NCBI GenBank assembly: GCA_013202845.1
Contig: JABMPT010000005.1
Location: forward strand, 71,308-135,307
Origin: Candidatus Woesearchaeota archaeon
GTDB lineage: Archaea; Nanobdellota; Nanobdellia; Woesearchaeales; GCA-2686295
DNA: 64,000 nucleotides
Reading direction: 5' to 3'
The position numbers and the translations under genes are program-made. Numbering within the stretch: position 1 is the first letter of the stretch; the number at the start of each line of letters is the position of its first letter. Below the pieces are notes generated by a model. That model made no database searches. It saw nothing but the letters and a program-made list of their open reading frames with translations, and had not been told where the DNA came from. Below, one piece after another: positions 50,190 through 60,414 of the stretch.

Positions 50190-50642
50190 ATGTATTGCGA
50201 TATGTGCGGGAGTGACGGAGAGTTATTCAAATGTAGAATTGAGAACACAGAGCTCAATGTCTGCAATATCTGCAGCCAATATGGAGAAGTAATCCACAAA
50301 ATAAAAGCGCCTGAACCTGAAACACCAAAGCCTGTTTCTAAGCCTTTAAAGAGAAGTGAGGTAATTCAAATAATAATACCAAATTATTTTAAAATAGTCA
50401 AGAACAAAAGGGAATTTATGGGCCTAAAGCAAAAAGAGCTTGCCAAGAAAATAGCTGAGAAAGAGTCAGTAATCCACAACATAGAGTCCGGACATATGGA
50501 ACCAAACATGGATTTGGCAAGGAAACTTGAGAAATTTCTTAATGTAAGACTTGTAGAGCAATACGAAGAAAAAGGAAAAGTTATTGCAACAGAAGATACA
50601 GGACCTCTAACAATAGGTGATTTGATTAAGATCAAAAAATAA
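50190..50642 (+). CDS. mbf1: Archaeal multiprotein bridging factor 1 (Zn ribbon + HTH)
   Basis: CDMCG..C..C, REFMGLKQKELA..I.EKES, TIGD. Confidence 0.9.
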   Translation: MYCDMCGSDGELFKCRIENTELNVCNICSQYGEVIHKIKAPEPETPKPVSKPLKRSEVIQIIIPNYFKIVKNKREFMGLKQKELAKKIAEKESVIHNIESGHMEPNMDLARKLEKFLNVRLVEQYEEKGKVIATEDTGPLTIGDLIKIKK

Positions 50643-50715
50643 AGGAAACATTTAAATCAAAATAAAATTCTAAATAACTAACTTGAAAATCAACTATTTA
50701 TCTCAAGATATAATA

Positions 50716-51945
50716 ATGAATCTTGGAATTATCTTATTCTTCACAATCTTCTTTTTATTGACAATCATTCTTGTTATCTCAATAACCTCATTTTTCATCA
50801 AAAAAAAGACTAAAAAGTTCGAGCCAAGTATCAGTGTCATAATTCCGAGCTACAACGAAGAAAAAAACATAAAGAATTGTATAAAGCACATCTTGAACTC
50901 TAACTATGACGCTAATAAATTGGAAATAATATGTGTGGACGATGGCTCAACAGATAATACCATCAATATTATAAAAGATTTAATAAAAAAATATAGTAAT
51001 ATAAAACTAATAAAAGGAAAGCACCATGGTAAATCAAAGGCTCTTAATCTTGGAGTGGAAAGAGCAAAACATGATTATGTTCTGACTGTTGATGCAGACA
51101 CTCTTTTAGATAAGAATTTCATTAAAGAAATAATAGCTCCTTTTTCTGATAAAAAAGTTGGTGCAACTAATGGCATTGCATTAATAGATAAACCTAAAAG
51201 AATTGTTGAACATTTTCAAACTGTAGAATACTACTTTAACAACTTGATAAGGCATTCATTTTCAAAAGTGTTTAATAATGGAATATGGTTTTTTGGAGCT
51301 GCAGCATGTTTCAAAAAAGACGTTTTGAAGAAAGCAGGTTTATTCAGTAGCAGAGTGCTAACAGAGGATATGGACATATCACTGAAAATCTTTGAACATG
51401 GTTATGATGTTCTGACTGTAAGAAAAGCTACCTACTATACACAGGTATGTCATAATTTGAAAACATTGTTCTCTCAAAGAATGAGATGGTTTTATGGAGG
51501 TTTGCAATGTTCTTTCAAACATAGAAAATTATGGAAAAGAAAGGTTTTTTCAATAAAATACCTCTTCTTTAATCAAATCTTTTGGGCCTTCTTCTCAGTA
51601 ATCGTTATTCCAACAATAATATATCAGGTAAACTATTGGATGCCTTCAGGAGCAAGAGAAATACTAGCTTACTTGTTTCGATGGTTCAGCTTGTCAGGAC
51701 CTATATACGTACTATATAAAATCCCTGAATGGGGTTTGTCTCTTATCAACATCTTCGGAGTTATGGCAGGAATATTAACATTCATCTTAATAAATATCGC
51801 AGTGATAAGATTCAAAGGAAAATTAAATCTTCAGAAATTATTAGTGGCTTTTTTCTATTTTCCTTACACATTAATACTCAATCTCATACTAACAACCGCT
51901 ATATTTAGATATACTTTCTCTAGAAAGAAGCACTTCAAGAAATAA
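50716..51945 (+). CDS. Processive membrane GT2 (cellulose-synthase-like)
   Basis: DDGS, DAD, TED, QRMRW, flanking TM helices. Confidence 0.85.
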   Translation: MNLGIILFFTIFFLLTIILVISITSFFIKKKTKKFEPSISVIIPSYNEEKNIKNCIKHILNSNYDANKLEIICVDDGSTDNTINIIKDLIKKYSNIKLIKGKHHGKSKALNLGVERAKHDYVLTVDADTLLDKNFIKEIIAPFSDKKVGATNGIALIDKPKRIVEHFQTVEYYFNNLIRHSFSKVFNNGIWFFGAAACFKKDVLKKAGLFSSRVLTEDMDISLKIFEHGYDVLTVRKATYYTQVCHNLKTLFSQRMRWFYGGLQCSFKHRKLWKRKVFSIKYLFFNQIFWAFFSVIVIPTIIYQVNYWMPSGAREILAYLFRWFSLSGPIYVLYKIPEWGLSLINIFGVMAGILTFILINIAVIRFKGKLNLQKLLVAFFYFPYTLILNLILTTAIFRYTFSRKKHFKK

Positions 51946-51946
51946 T

Positions 51947-52234
51947 CTAAAAGACTACTTCACAAGTAACCCTTCTATACATATAGACAACGCCAAAAAT
52001 AACAGATCCAATAAATGTTGTTAAGCTAATAATAAGAGCGACTATAGCATAACCCATTCCACCATATTTTTCAGGATTTAAATTAATCTGTCTTAGTGCT
52101 CTAATAGCCAAAAACAATGATGCTAGAGAAAGTCCTATATTCAATAAAGGAATCCAAAATCCCAAACTCAGTATGAAAGATAGTATCGCGTTAAACCTGT
52201 CCTTTTTTGTTTTGGTATTCTTTTTAGTTGCCAT
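51947..52234 (-). CDS. DUF4190-like small membrane protein
   Basis: AILSFILS, ALRQI, GGMGYAIVALII. Confidence 0.7.
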   Translation of the reverse strand: MATKKNTKTKKDRFNAILSFILSLGFWIPLLNIGLSLASLFLAIRALRQINLNPEKYGGMGYAIVALIISLTTFIGSVIFGVVYMYRRVTCEVVF

Positions 52235-52239
52235 TTTAA

Positions 52240-53604
52240 TCAAGAGGATACTTTTGTAACATTTCCTTTCTTCGCAAGCATAAACCATTGCATTTCTCTG
52301 TTGAATATTGCTTTGAAAACCCCTATAGTTACTGTGTAGATGACTAGAAGACCCACACTAAAAGAAGCAACTATCAATCTATTCACTTCCTTGAATTTCT
52401 TACTAAGTTTTAGAATTACTATACTTGTAAACAGATAACCTGAAGTTAGTAGAATATTTCTTCCAGTTTCTGAAAAGAACTTGGCCCAATCAATTGGTTG
52501 TGGCTCATTTGTAATTATAGACAAAAAGCCTAAAAGTGCTAACAAAAAGAAGAACAAGGTAACTAAATAACCAGACCCTAGCAGAAGAGGATTAAATTTC
52601 CATCTTGCTGAAATCTTTCTACTGAACAAAATTGGCAGTAAATGGGTTTTAAGAGCAGAAATAACTCCATAAGCCCACCTCATCTGTTGCTTACATAAAT
52701 CTTTGACAGTAAATGGTGATTCGCAATCACATTGCAGAGTCTCTAGATATACTATCCTCCTTCCTGCACGCGTTAATCTTAAAGAACACTCTATATCTTC
52801 TGTTAACGCCCCACTTTTCCAACCGCCGAGTTTTATAAGTGTTTTTTTTCGTATAGCTTCTGCAGAACCAGCTATGAAACCATTACTTTTCATGAAATTC
52901 AAGAAAGGAAGACCTAACCGATGTGAAAACATAGGTATTATTCCCCCTATTATTGATGAAAAGTTCTGTGAAAAGTTCTTTATAGCCCACCTGGATTGAA
53001 CAGCGTCAACTGTCGAATCATTGACAAAAGGAGCTATTATCCTTTTTAGGAAATCCTCTTTGGGTAGAAAATCAGAGTCAAAGACAACTATGAACTCCCC
53101 TCTTGTATATTTCAGCATATGATTAAGGTTTCCTGGTTTAAAACCTATGTTTAAACCTCTTCTTGTGACCTTAACCAAGTTGTGCATTGAAGCAAACTCA
53201 TTTATCTTCTTAGAAACTGTTTTATCAGAGCTGTCATCACCTATTATCATCTCATATCTGTTCTTAGGATAATCAAATTTTAAGCATTTTTTAGCACAAT
53301 TTATGGCTGCCAACTCATTATAAGTAGGAATCTGTATAGTGACAAAAGGATACTTCGATCCTCTGAAAGGTTCTTCTTTTGGCTTCTTCTTAAAAGAAAC
53401 GATTATTGACATTAAAAAATGCATGAATGTCATAACAATAGTTATGTATAGAATTATATTGAATGCGCTTTTAAAAAAAACATGTAAAAAATTCAATACA
53501 TTTCTAGAATAAAGTGTAAAAAAGTTGAAAGTCATATCTCCAAAAAACTCGTAATACTGGAAAATATTGCTTGAAATCGAATTCAGGACTTCTACTATCA
53601 CCAT
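52240..53604 (-). CDS. Processive membrane GT2 (cellulose/glucomannan-synthase-like)
   Basis: QIPTYNE, DDS, GFKPGNLN, FDSD, TED, QQMRW. Confidence 0.85.
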   Translation of the reverse strand: MVIVEVLNSISSNIFQYYEFFGDMTFNFFTLYSRNVLNFLHVFFKSAFNIILYITIVMTFMHFLMSIIVSFKKKPKEEPFRGSKYPFVTIQIPTYNELAAINCAKKCLKFDYPKNRYEMIIGDDSSDKTVSKKINEFASMHNLVKVTRRGLNIGFKPGNLNHMLKYTRGEFIVVFDSDFLPKEDFLKRIIAPFVNDSTVDAVQSRWAIKNFSQNFSSIIGGIIPMFSHRLGLPFLNFMKSNGFIAGSAEAIRKKTLIKLGGWKSGALTEDIECSLRLTRAGRRIVYLETLQCDCESPFTVKDLCKQQMRWAYGVISALKTHLLPILFSRKISARWKFNPLLLGSGYLVTLFFFLLALLGFLSIITNEPQPIDWAKFFSETGRNILLTSGYLFTSIVILKLSKKFKEVNRLIVASFSVGLLVIYTVTIGVFKAIFNREMQWFMLAKKGNVTKVSS

Positions 53605-53674
53605 TTTAAATCTTTTTCAGGACGTTGAATAAGCACAGGGTCTATATAAATTTAACCAAAAAAGCTTTTTATTG

Positions 53675-55075
53675 TCAACTATATAAAACCTCCCATACCT
53701 GAATTCCTTTATTAGCCCATAATCTGTCAAAATCAGGACTGTTTTCAATTAGAAACAAGAGTCCTTCTCCTTCGCGTTTCCAGATAAGTCCTTTTTTCAT
53801 CTCTTCAGTTATCAGTAAATATTTTACATTTCCTTCTATTAATAATGTTTTTGTAGTTTCTAGATTCCTAGAATAGAATATTCTTTGTTCTACATCTTTC
53901 AAGATAAAATAATTGTCTTGATTTACTGAATAATCATCCAAAAAACTCTTTTGTGAAGAGAAATACTCTATGAAATGACCATAACTCTGATGAGAAAGAA
54001 CAACTTCTTCTGGTTTAGCTTCTAAGAAAGCCAAAGCGCTTAGAAGTTCTTTTTTAGGCTCTGAGTTGATGACTTGATCTACATATAAAGCTGTGGAAAA
54101 AATAACTATACAAAGAATTAATAAAAGAGTAAACTTTTTTATTAACTGAATAGCCCACGTTCTTTTGATAAGAAAAAATATGGTTATGCTTGAAAATATG
54201 CATAAGTAGAAATTGAAATATATTCTTCCAGCCACATTAAAAAGTGAAAAAAGAAAGACAATTAAAAGCGAGATTAAAAGGTAGAGAAATTCTCTTTTTC
54301 GTTTCCAAACCATGAATAAACCTATTACACCTAAAAAGAAGTAGAAAAAAGCTATGCCTGCCTTAGCGCCAAAAGAAGTGAAGTAATTAGTAAAAGAAGG
54401 ATTCATAAACAAGTTTTGGAACATTTGGAATCCTTCATGAAGATATCCAAATAGGAAGAATGAAATTACAGAAGGAATTGCATTCATCAAGAATATCTTC
54501 TTGTCCCCTTCATAAAAATAATAGCTAATTATCAAAATCAGATTCAAAAGGAAAACAGAAGAATCTGTTATTGAAACAAGTATTAAGAAAGGTACTGAAA
54601 AATAATTCTTTTTTATAAACAAATACATAAATATCAAAGAAAATACTGTTGCCAGAGAAAAAGTGCTTGGTATAGTGAACAAGTAGATGAATATAGGTGA
54701 CAAAGCAAACAAAAGGCTTGAGATTATCACTAAATTTCGCTCGTCAAGAAATTCATTCAATATCAAATAGAGAAAAATCAATGATATAATTCCTAAGATT
54801 ATAGAAAAACCAATTAATAGGTTTGTATTTTCAAAAGACATAAATAATGATAACAAATAATGATAAAAAGAAATTTTATGAGGTCTATCTTGTGAATAAT
54901 CCCAGTAAATTCCTTTTGATAAGTCTTCTGAAGCTCTCAAGTCATAATAGAATTCTCCACCTGTGAATAAAGGATCTTGATTCAAGTGCCTTACTGTGAA
55001 AGGGATGAGAAGTAATAATAAAGCTGAAACTACTAGAGCAATTAATTCAATTTTTTTTCTTAATTTTTTTTTCAT
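53675..55075 (-). CDS. GT-C/STT3-like multi-TM protein
   Basis: EFYYDLR loop, about 11 TM segments, C-terminal VLSHQSYGHFIEYF resembling the AglB core. Confidence 0.6.
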   Translation of the reverse strand: MKKKLRKKIELIALVVSALLLLLIPFTVRHLNQDPLFTGGEFYYDLRASEDLSKGIYWDYSQDRPHKISFYHYLLSLFMSFENTNLLIGFSIILGIISLIFLYLILNEFLDERNLVIISSLLFALSPIFIYLFTIPSTFSLATVFSLIFMYLFIKKNYFSVPFLILVSITDSSVFLLNLILIISYYFYEGDKKIFLMNAIPSVISFFLFGYLHEGFQMFQNLFMNPSFTNYFTSFGAKAGIAFFYFFLGVIGLFMVWKRKREFLYLLISLLIVFLFSLFNVAGRIYFNFYLCIFSSITIFFLIKRTWAIQLIKKFTLLLILCIVIFSTALYVDQVINSEPKKELLSALAFLEAKPEEVVLSHQSYGHFIEYFSSQKSFLDDYSVNQDNYFILKDVEQRIFYSRNLETTKTLLIEGNVKYLLITEEMKKGLIWKREGEGLLFLIENSPDFDRLWANKGIQVWEVLYS

Positions 55076-56544
55076 TATATTGAGCAATGAACCCTGTATA
55101 TTTTTATTGACTCATTAAAAGCAAGATCAAAACAATCTGGGTCGGTGTAATAAATTTTTTCCTCAGTTCCAAATTTGCCTGAAAAATACAGATAATCAAC
55201 ACCATATTTATTCAGTCTTCTTACAGCTTCTGTTTTTAATCTCAAAGAAAAGACTGATTGCACATCTTCATACCTCTGTTGAGAATCTTCAACAAGCAAA
55301 AAATCCTGATCAATAACTGTTTTTCTATTTGCAAAATAATTTATCATATAACCTTCTTCCAAACGAGCAAGCACCACATCATTTGTTCCTGTGTTGTCTT
55401 TTAACCATTCCATTGCCTTTAGTTCTGAATCTGAAGGAACTGCCTTTAATGACGAGAGAGCTAAATTAAAACTTGGAATGACCGCTGTTAAAACAAATAC
55501 CAAACACACACCCACTAAAAACCACTTAGCAGAATGAGGTGCTTTTGTTTTTCTAAAATAGGAATACAATAGTTTAATTGAATGACTTGATAAGAGCACA
55601 AGCATCAAACTGAGAAATATCAAACCTATCTTGAATTCAACAAGTTTTAGCCACAAGAGTAGAAGTATTGACAGGAACATGCTCAGAACCATGAAAACAC
55701 TTCTCCTTTTTGTTATGAAAAGAACATGATATATTGCATAAATTCCAAATACTATTGGAACAATTCCAACATAGTATATGCTCTGGATTATGTTCAGATC
55801 AAAGAAGTAATTAGTCAATATCTGAAGAGGTATGTTCCGCCATATTACAAGAGGACCATGAATGAGAAAAGCTTTTTTATAGATTATGAAATTAAACCAC
55901 AGTACCAAAAAGCTAGTGAATAGAATCAATTCGGTCTCTTTTTTCCCAACTTCTAATGATTCCACTCTTAACAATAACAAGAATAGTAGAAGTCCTGCTA
56001 TTAGAAGAAAAGCAGATGCATGTGAAAACACAAGTATTACTATGAACAGCAAAGAGAGCTTCAGATACAAGTTTTCTTCGATTCTCATGATAAAATAAAG
56101 AGCAAACAACATTACTAAAACAACCAATGAGTAGACAGACAAATCATTTATTGTAACAAAGAAAATAGGGATAAATCCTGAAAAGAAACTTGAAATAAGA
56201 GATACTGAGCGTAGCTTTGTTATGTGATAAGATATCAAGTAAACAGCTACAACTACGAGAGATGATAACAAGTTTGGAATTATCTTTGCAGCCAAACCTG
56301 TTCCCAAAAAACTAAAAAAAGCAACTAAGTAATAAAAAAGTGGTGGAAACAAATGTGTTCTGCCACCATAGCTCAGAGGATCATCAAACAAAGGAAAACC
56401 TTCTTGGTTTATATTCTCTATTTGTCTTAATGCAAAATAAGCTTCATATGAGAATTCATCTGTCTGTAAGGAGATTATCGTTCTAGAGAAAAACGTGAGA
56501 AAAAATATTATCAAGAGCAAAAGAACTGCTGTAAATTTTTTCAT
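55075..56544 (-). CDS. GT-C/STT3-like multi-TM protein
   Basis: EAYFALRQI..DPLSYGGR..PPLF, about 11 TM segments, MEWLKDNT...VLARLEEGYMI; TAATG overlap with the downstream paralogue. Confidence 0.65.
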   Translation of the reverse strand: MKKFTAVLLLLIIFFLTFFSRTIISLQTDEFSYEAYFALRQIENINQEGFPLFDDPLSYGGRTHLFPPLFYYLVAFFSFLGTGLAAKIIPNLLSSLVVVAVYLISYHITKLRSVSLISSFFSGFIPIFFVTINDLSVYSLVVLVMLFALYFIMRIEENLYLKLSLLFIVILVFSHASAFLLIAGLLLFLLLLRVESLEVGKKETELILFTSFLVLWFNFIIYKKAFLIHGPLVIWRNIPLQILTNYFFDLNIIQSIYYVGIVPIVFGIYAIYHVLFITKRRSVFMVLSMFLSILLLLWLKLVEFKIGLIFLSLMLVLLSSHSIKLLYSYFRKTKAPHSAKWFLVGVCLVFVLTAVIPSFNLALSSLKAVPSDSELKAMEWLKDNTGTNDVVLARLEEGYMINYFANRKTVIDQDFLLVEDSQQRYEDVQSVFSLRLKTEAVRRLNKYGVDYLYFSGKFGTEEKIYYTDPDCFDLAFNESIKIYRVHCSI

Positions 56545-56584
56545 AATAATCAAATAAAAAACAGATTATTAAAAAGTTTCTGAA

Positions 56585-56851
56585 TTAATCCTCTTCAGGA
56601 TTGTATGAAGGCACTGCTGATTTACTGATTATTATTATATCTCCAATACTCTTGACAAGCTGATGAGGAACAATAACTCCTTTCGCAGCCCCTAGAACCT
56701 TGTTTAGAAATGAACTCTTGGTAGCCTTAACTCTCCAACCAAACACTTTGTTGCTTGTCAGAATAGCCTCTTCAACATCACCAAAGTAATCTCCGCTGTC
56801 AGTGAACACTCTCATATCAAAAGTCTCTGTTATTTTTTTCATTTTAAGCAT
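56585..56851 (-). CDS. PRC-barrel protein (CdpB-like)
   Basis: VFTDSG.YFG.VEE, VPHQLVKSIGDIIII; SD GGTGA. Confidence 0.82.
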   Translation of the reverse strand: MLKMKKITETFDMRVFTDSGDYFGDVEEAILTSNKVFGWRVKATKSSFLNKVLGAAKGVIVPHQLVKSIGDIIIISKSAVPSYNPEED

Positions 56852-56993
56852 CATATCACCTTCCAAAAGTTGTAACAATATTTAAAACTCAATAGTTTAT
56901 ATAACTTTCGTTTAGTGAATAACGAATTCAACGAAAAATATATATACTAATAAGGTGTAGTTTAGAAATATAAGTCAAGAGGTGAGAATTAAC

Positions 56994-57209
56994 ATGGTTT
57001 CGTCTGGATTAGAAACGGTCATCTTAGCAATAATTATCGGTACACTAGCTGCAATAGTTTACAGCCTAAGAGTTCTTGTTCTAATGGAAAGAAGAGTCGC
57101 AAGGATGGACTTAAACATCGAGAGAATGGCTAGAAAGATTGTAAAAGAAGAGTTTAAGATAGAAGCTGAAGAAAAGAAGATCGAAAGAGCTCTTAAAAGA
57201 AGGAAATAA
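56994..57209 (+). CDS. Small membrane-anchored coiled-coil protein, function unknown
   Basis: SD GAGGTGA; one TM segment plus a charged helix. Confidence 0.7.
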   Translation: MVSSGLETVILAIIIGTLAAIVYSLRVLVLMERRVARMDLNIERMARKIVKEEFKIEAEEKKIERALKRRK

Positions 57210-57214
57210 TTTTT

Positions 57215-57613
57215 TTATTTTATCTCTTCAAAAAGCAAACCTTTCTTCTTAGCTAATTCAAGACTTGCAACAAAAGAAGCGGGCGTTTCTTCTAGATCTT
57301 CAATACTTATGAAATAATAGCTTTCTCTGTCAAATTTTATTACAACCCAAGGTTCTGCACCGAATTTATTGGCAAAGTACTTCAGATCATTGACTTCTTG
57401 TTTTGTGAAATATTTCCTCGTATCCTTGGTTGCTTTCACTTCCAATGCTAATTTTCTTAGATTATTACCAACTATCAAATCAGGGCTTGGAAACTGTGTT
57501 GAACCAGAACCTGCAGCTCTTACAGCACCCCATCCTGCAGCCCAGAACTTATGCATCAATTCACGTTCTGCAGCACTGCCCTTACTTTTTCTTCTCCCGT
57601 GAGATATTCCCAT
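57215..57613 (-). CDS. hjc: Archaeal Holliday junction resolvase
   Basis: KGSAAEREL, RAAGSG, PDL, EVK. Confidence 0.92.
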   Translation of the reverse strand: MGISHGRRKSKGSAAERELMHKFWAAGWGAVRAAGSGSTQFPSPDLIVGNNLRKLALEVKATKDTRKYFTKQEVNDLKYFANKFGAEPWVVIKFDRESYYFISIEDLEETPASFVASLELAKKKGLLFEEIK

Positions 57614-57702
57614 ATAAAGATTAATTAGATTGTAATATAAATAGTTTTTTAAAATAAATAATTATATAAACAATTCTAACTTTATAAAAAAAAGGTGATT
57701 TA

Positions 57703-57912
57703 ATGGCTACAAAAAGAATAATACCTTTAGCTGCTATGGAACGCTTAATGAAGAAATCGGGGGCTAACAGAGTATCAGAAGAGGCAAAAGCAGCTTTAAG
57801 AGATGTTTTAGAGGAGTTTGGAGAGGAAGTTTCTGAAGCAGCGATAAAGTTTGCAGTTCATGCAGGCAGAAAAACAGTGAAGGCAGAGGACATCAAACTA
57901 GCGACACGTTAA
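57703..57912 (+). CDS. Archaeal histone (HMf family)
   Basis: P.A..ERL.K..GA.RVS, HAGRKTVKAEDI; SD AGGTGA. Confidence 0.95.
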   Translation: MATKRIIPLAAMERLMKKSGANRVSEEAKAALRDVLEEFGEEVSEAAIKFAVHAGRKTVKAEDIKLATR

Positions 57913-58811
57913 AACTTTACTTTTTTAAAATCATAAGCAGTCTCAGAATTAGCAAAATATGTTTTGATATCTTCTTCTATCTCATTACCAGACTTATATC
58001 TCTGAGAAAAATGAGTTACTATAAGCTTCTTTACATTTGCTTTGTTTGCAATCAAACCAGCATCCTGTGTTGTAAGATGCTTGTACTTGTCTGCATTCTC
58101 TCTTAGCTTTGGAAGATAAACAGCTTCTGTGACAAGCAAATCAGCGTTCTCAGCTATTTCATAGCAGTTCTCTGTAGGTATTGTATCAAATATGAAAGTT
58201 AATTTTCTGCCTTTTTTAATAGTTGAAATATCATCAGGGAATATCTTCTTTCCATTCACAACAACAGATTTTTCATTCTGTAATTTCCCAAGTGAAGGAC
58301 CCTCTTTTAATCCTAACTTTTTTGCTTTTGCAATATTTATCTTCCTTTTGTCTTTTTCAACAAAAGAATAAGCAACACAAGGAGTTGAATGCTCCATCGG
58401 AGCACATTGCAAATAGAAGTCATCTTTCTCCTTAAAAGTCTCTACTTTTTTAGGATTTAATTCAAAAATGTTCAGATTAAGATTTGAACCGTCAAAAACA
58501 ACTGAGTCAAGCAAATGCCGGACTCTTTTCTTTGTTCCCTTAGGACCATAAATCTCTATCTTTGGAGGGTTGTCCTTGTCAGAGATTGTTTGCAACAAAC
58601 CTATTATGCCTCCAACATGGTCTCCGTGCCAATGGGTTACTAAAATAGTGTTGACTTTATTTCTGTTAATTCCTGCAAGATTCATTTGTCTCTGTGTTCC
58701 TTCTCCACAATCAATCAATATGCCTTCGGCTTTGTAAGACATGTAAATTCCTTGGACATTTCTCTCCTTTGTAGGAACCATACAAGAGGTTCCTAAAAAT
58801 GTTAGTTGCAT
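57909..58811 (-). CDS. rnz: Ribonuclease Z
   Basis: FLGT, DCGEGTQRQ, THWHGDH, flexible-arm GP, THFSQRY. Confidence 0.93.
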   Translation of the reverse strand: MQLTFLGTSCMVPTKERNVQGIYMSYKAEGILIDCGEGTQRQMNLAGINRNKVNTILVTHWHGDHVGGIIGLLQTISDKDNPPKIEIYGPKGTKKRVRHLLDSVVFDGSNLNLNIFELNPKKVETFKEKDDFYLQCAPMEHSTPCVAYSFVEKDKRKINIAKAKKLGLKEGPSLGKLQNEKSVVVNGKKIFPDDISTIKKGRKLTFIFDTIPTENCYEIAENADLLVTEAVYLPKLRENADKYKHLTTQDAGLIANKANVKKLIVTHFSQRYKSGNEIEEDIKTYFANSETAYDFKKVKF

Positions 58812-58884
58812 AGCTTTTTGTAGAGCAGAAGCATTTATAACGCTTTTGCAAAACTATATAAACCAAGGAATTTTAATTCCAAAA

Positions 58885-59490
58885 ATGCCAAAAAAGAAGG
58901 AAACTAAGAAAAAAACAGTGAAAAAAACTGTAAAAAAAGAAACAACTAAATCAAAAATCAAGAAAGAACCTTTGAAAGCTTTGTTTGCTCATGAAAGAGT
59001 TATTATTGAAAGTAGTGAAGAGGCTCAAACAGTTTACAATAATGGAATCTATGGAACTTTGCTAGAGGATAAAAAATTACAATTATCATTGCAAGAAGCT
59101 CTTTTTTTAATGGAGAAACAAAAAATATCAATATTTGATAGCAGAAATAAAACATTCACATTTGAAAGATTCGTCAAAAGAGCCACTAATATTGAACCAA
59201 CTTTCTGGATAAGATACGGCGTTTATAAAGATATGAGATCACGTGGTTACATTGTTAAAACCGCTCTAAAGTTCGGGGCAGATTTCAGAGTGTATGACCG
59301 CGGAATAAAACCTGGAGAGGATCATGCTAGATGGGTTGTTTATCCAGTACATGAAGGCTCAACACTAACATGGTATGATTTTGCAGCTAAGAACAGAGTA
59401 GCCCACTCAACAAAGAAGAGACTTATGATGGGAGTAGTAGATGATGAAGGAGACGTAACTTACTGGGAAATAAAGTGGTTGAGACCTTAA
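58885..59490 (+). CDS. endA: tRNA-splicing endonuclease
   Basis: VYKDMRSRGYIVKTALKFGADFRVY, DHA, RVAHSTKK (Y/H/K catalytic triad present). Confidence 0.92.
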   Translation: MPKKKETKKKTVKKTVKKETTKSKIKKEPLKALFAHERVIIESSEEAQTVYNNGIYGTLLEDKKLQLSLQEALFLMEKQKISIFDSRNKTFTFERFVKRATNIEPTFWIRYGVYKDMRSRGYIVKTALKFGADFRVYDRGIKPGEDHARWVVYPVHEGSTLTWYDFAAKNRVAHSTKKRLMMGVVDDEGDVTYWEIKWLRP

Positions 59491-59528
59491 ACGAAAGTTT
59501 TTAAAACTGTTTCTGCTTAAGAAATTTG

Positions 59529-60413
59529 ATGGTTAACAAGGAAGAAATTCTGAGACTTGTAAAAATAAAAGGACCAATAATTCCTAATCAAATAAAGAAA
59601 GAATTAGGTGGTGAAACATTTCTAATCAGTGCTGTTTTGTCAGAATTATCATTAGATGGAAAGATAAAGATTTCTAATACAAAGATTGGCAGCTCACCAA
59701 CATATTATGCAAAAGAACAGGAATTCAAACTTCAAGAATTGAAGAAGTACTTGAATGAAAAAGATAGAAGGACATTTGATCTATTAAGACAAAAAAGAGT
59801 TCTGCGAGACAAGAATCAAGATATGTTAGTCAGAGTAAGCTTAAGAAATATCAAAGACTTTGCCAAACCAGTACAAGTAAATGTTCATGGTGAAAAAGAA
59901 GTTTTTTGGCGATGGTACTTAACACCAATGGATGAAGCCGAAGCAGTTATAAAATCACAGTTTAGCAAAACAGAGAAGAAGAAAGAAGTCCCTGTCAAAG
60001 AGAAAAAGGTTGAAGAGATAAAGCCAGTCAGAGAAGAAATTAGGAAAGAAAAAAAAGAAGTTATAGAAGAACAAAAAATCTTGAAAACAAGTGAGGGTTC
60101 TAAAGAAGGATTCCTAAAACAGCTATATGATTATTTTGATGAGAAAAAAATTGATGTCATTGAAGAAAAAATTGTAAGAAAAAATTCAGATATTGAATTC
60201 CAACTCTCAATCCCTAGTTCTGTTGGAAAGATGGAGTATTTCTGCAAGGCAAAGAACAAAAAGAAATGTAATGACGGAGATTTAAGTTCTGCGTATCTCA
60301 AAGGACAATCACTGAAACTTCCAATTATCTTCATAATCACAGGAGAAATTACAAAGAAGGCTCGGGAGATGCTTGGAAAAGAATTCAAAGGATTAGTGCT
60401 TAAGAAAATCTAA
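59529..60413 (+). CDS. Hypothetical protein (wHTH-like N-terminus, charged linker, possible PD-(D/E)xK-like C-terminus)
   Basis: 295-aa ORF with its own TATA box, ending 1 nt before fen. Confidence 0.65.
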   Translation: MVNKEEILRLVKIKGPIIPNQIKKELGGETFLISAVLSELSLDGKIKISNTKIGSSPTYYAKEQEFKLQELKKYLNEKDRRTFDLLRQKRVLRDKNQDMLVRVSLRNIKDFAKPVQVNVHGEKEVFWRWYLTPMDEAEAVIKSQFSKTEKKKEVPVKEKKVEEIKPVREEIRKEKKEVIEEQKILKTSEGSKEGFLKQLYDYFDEKKIDVIEEKIVRKNSDIEFQLSIPSSVGKMEYFCKAKNKKKCNDGDLSSAYLKGQSLKLPIIFIITGEITKKAREMLGKEFKGLVLKKI

Positions 60414-60414
60414 A

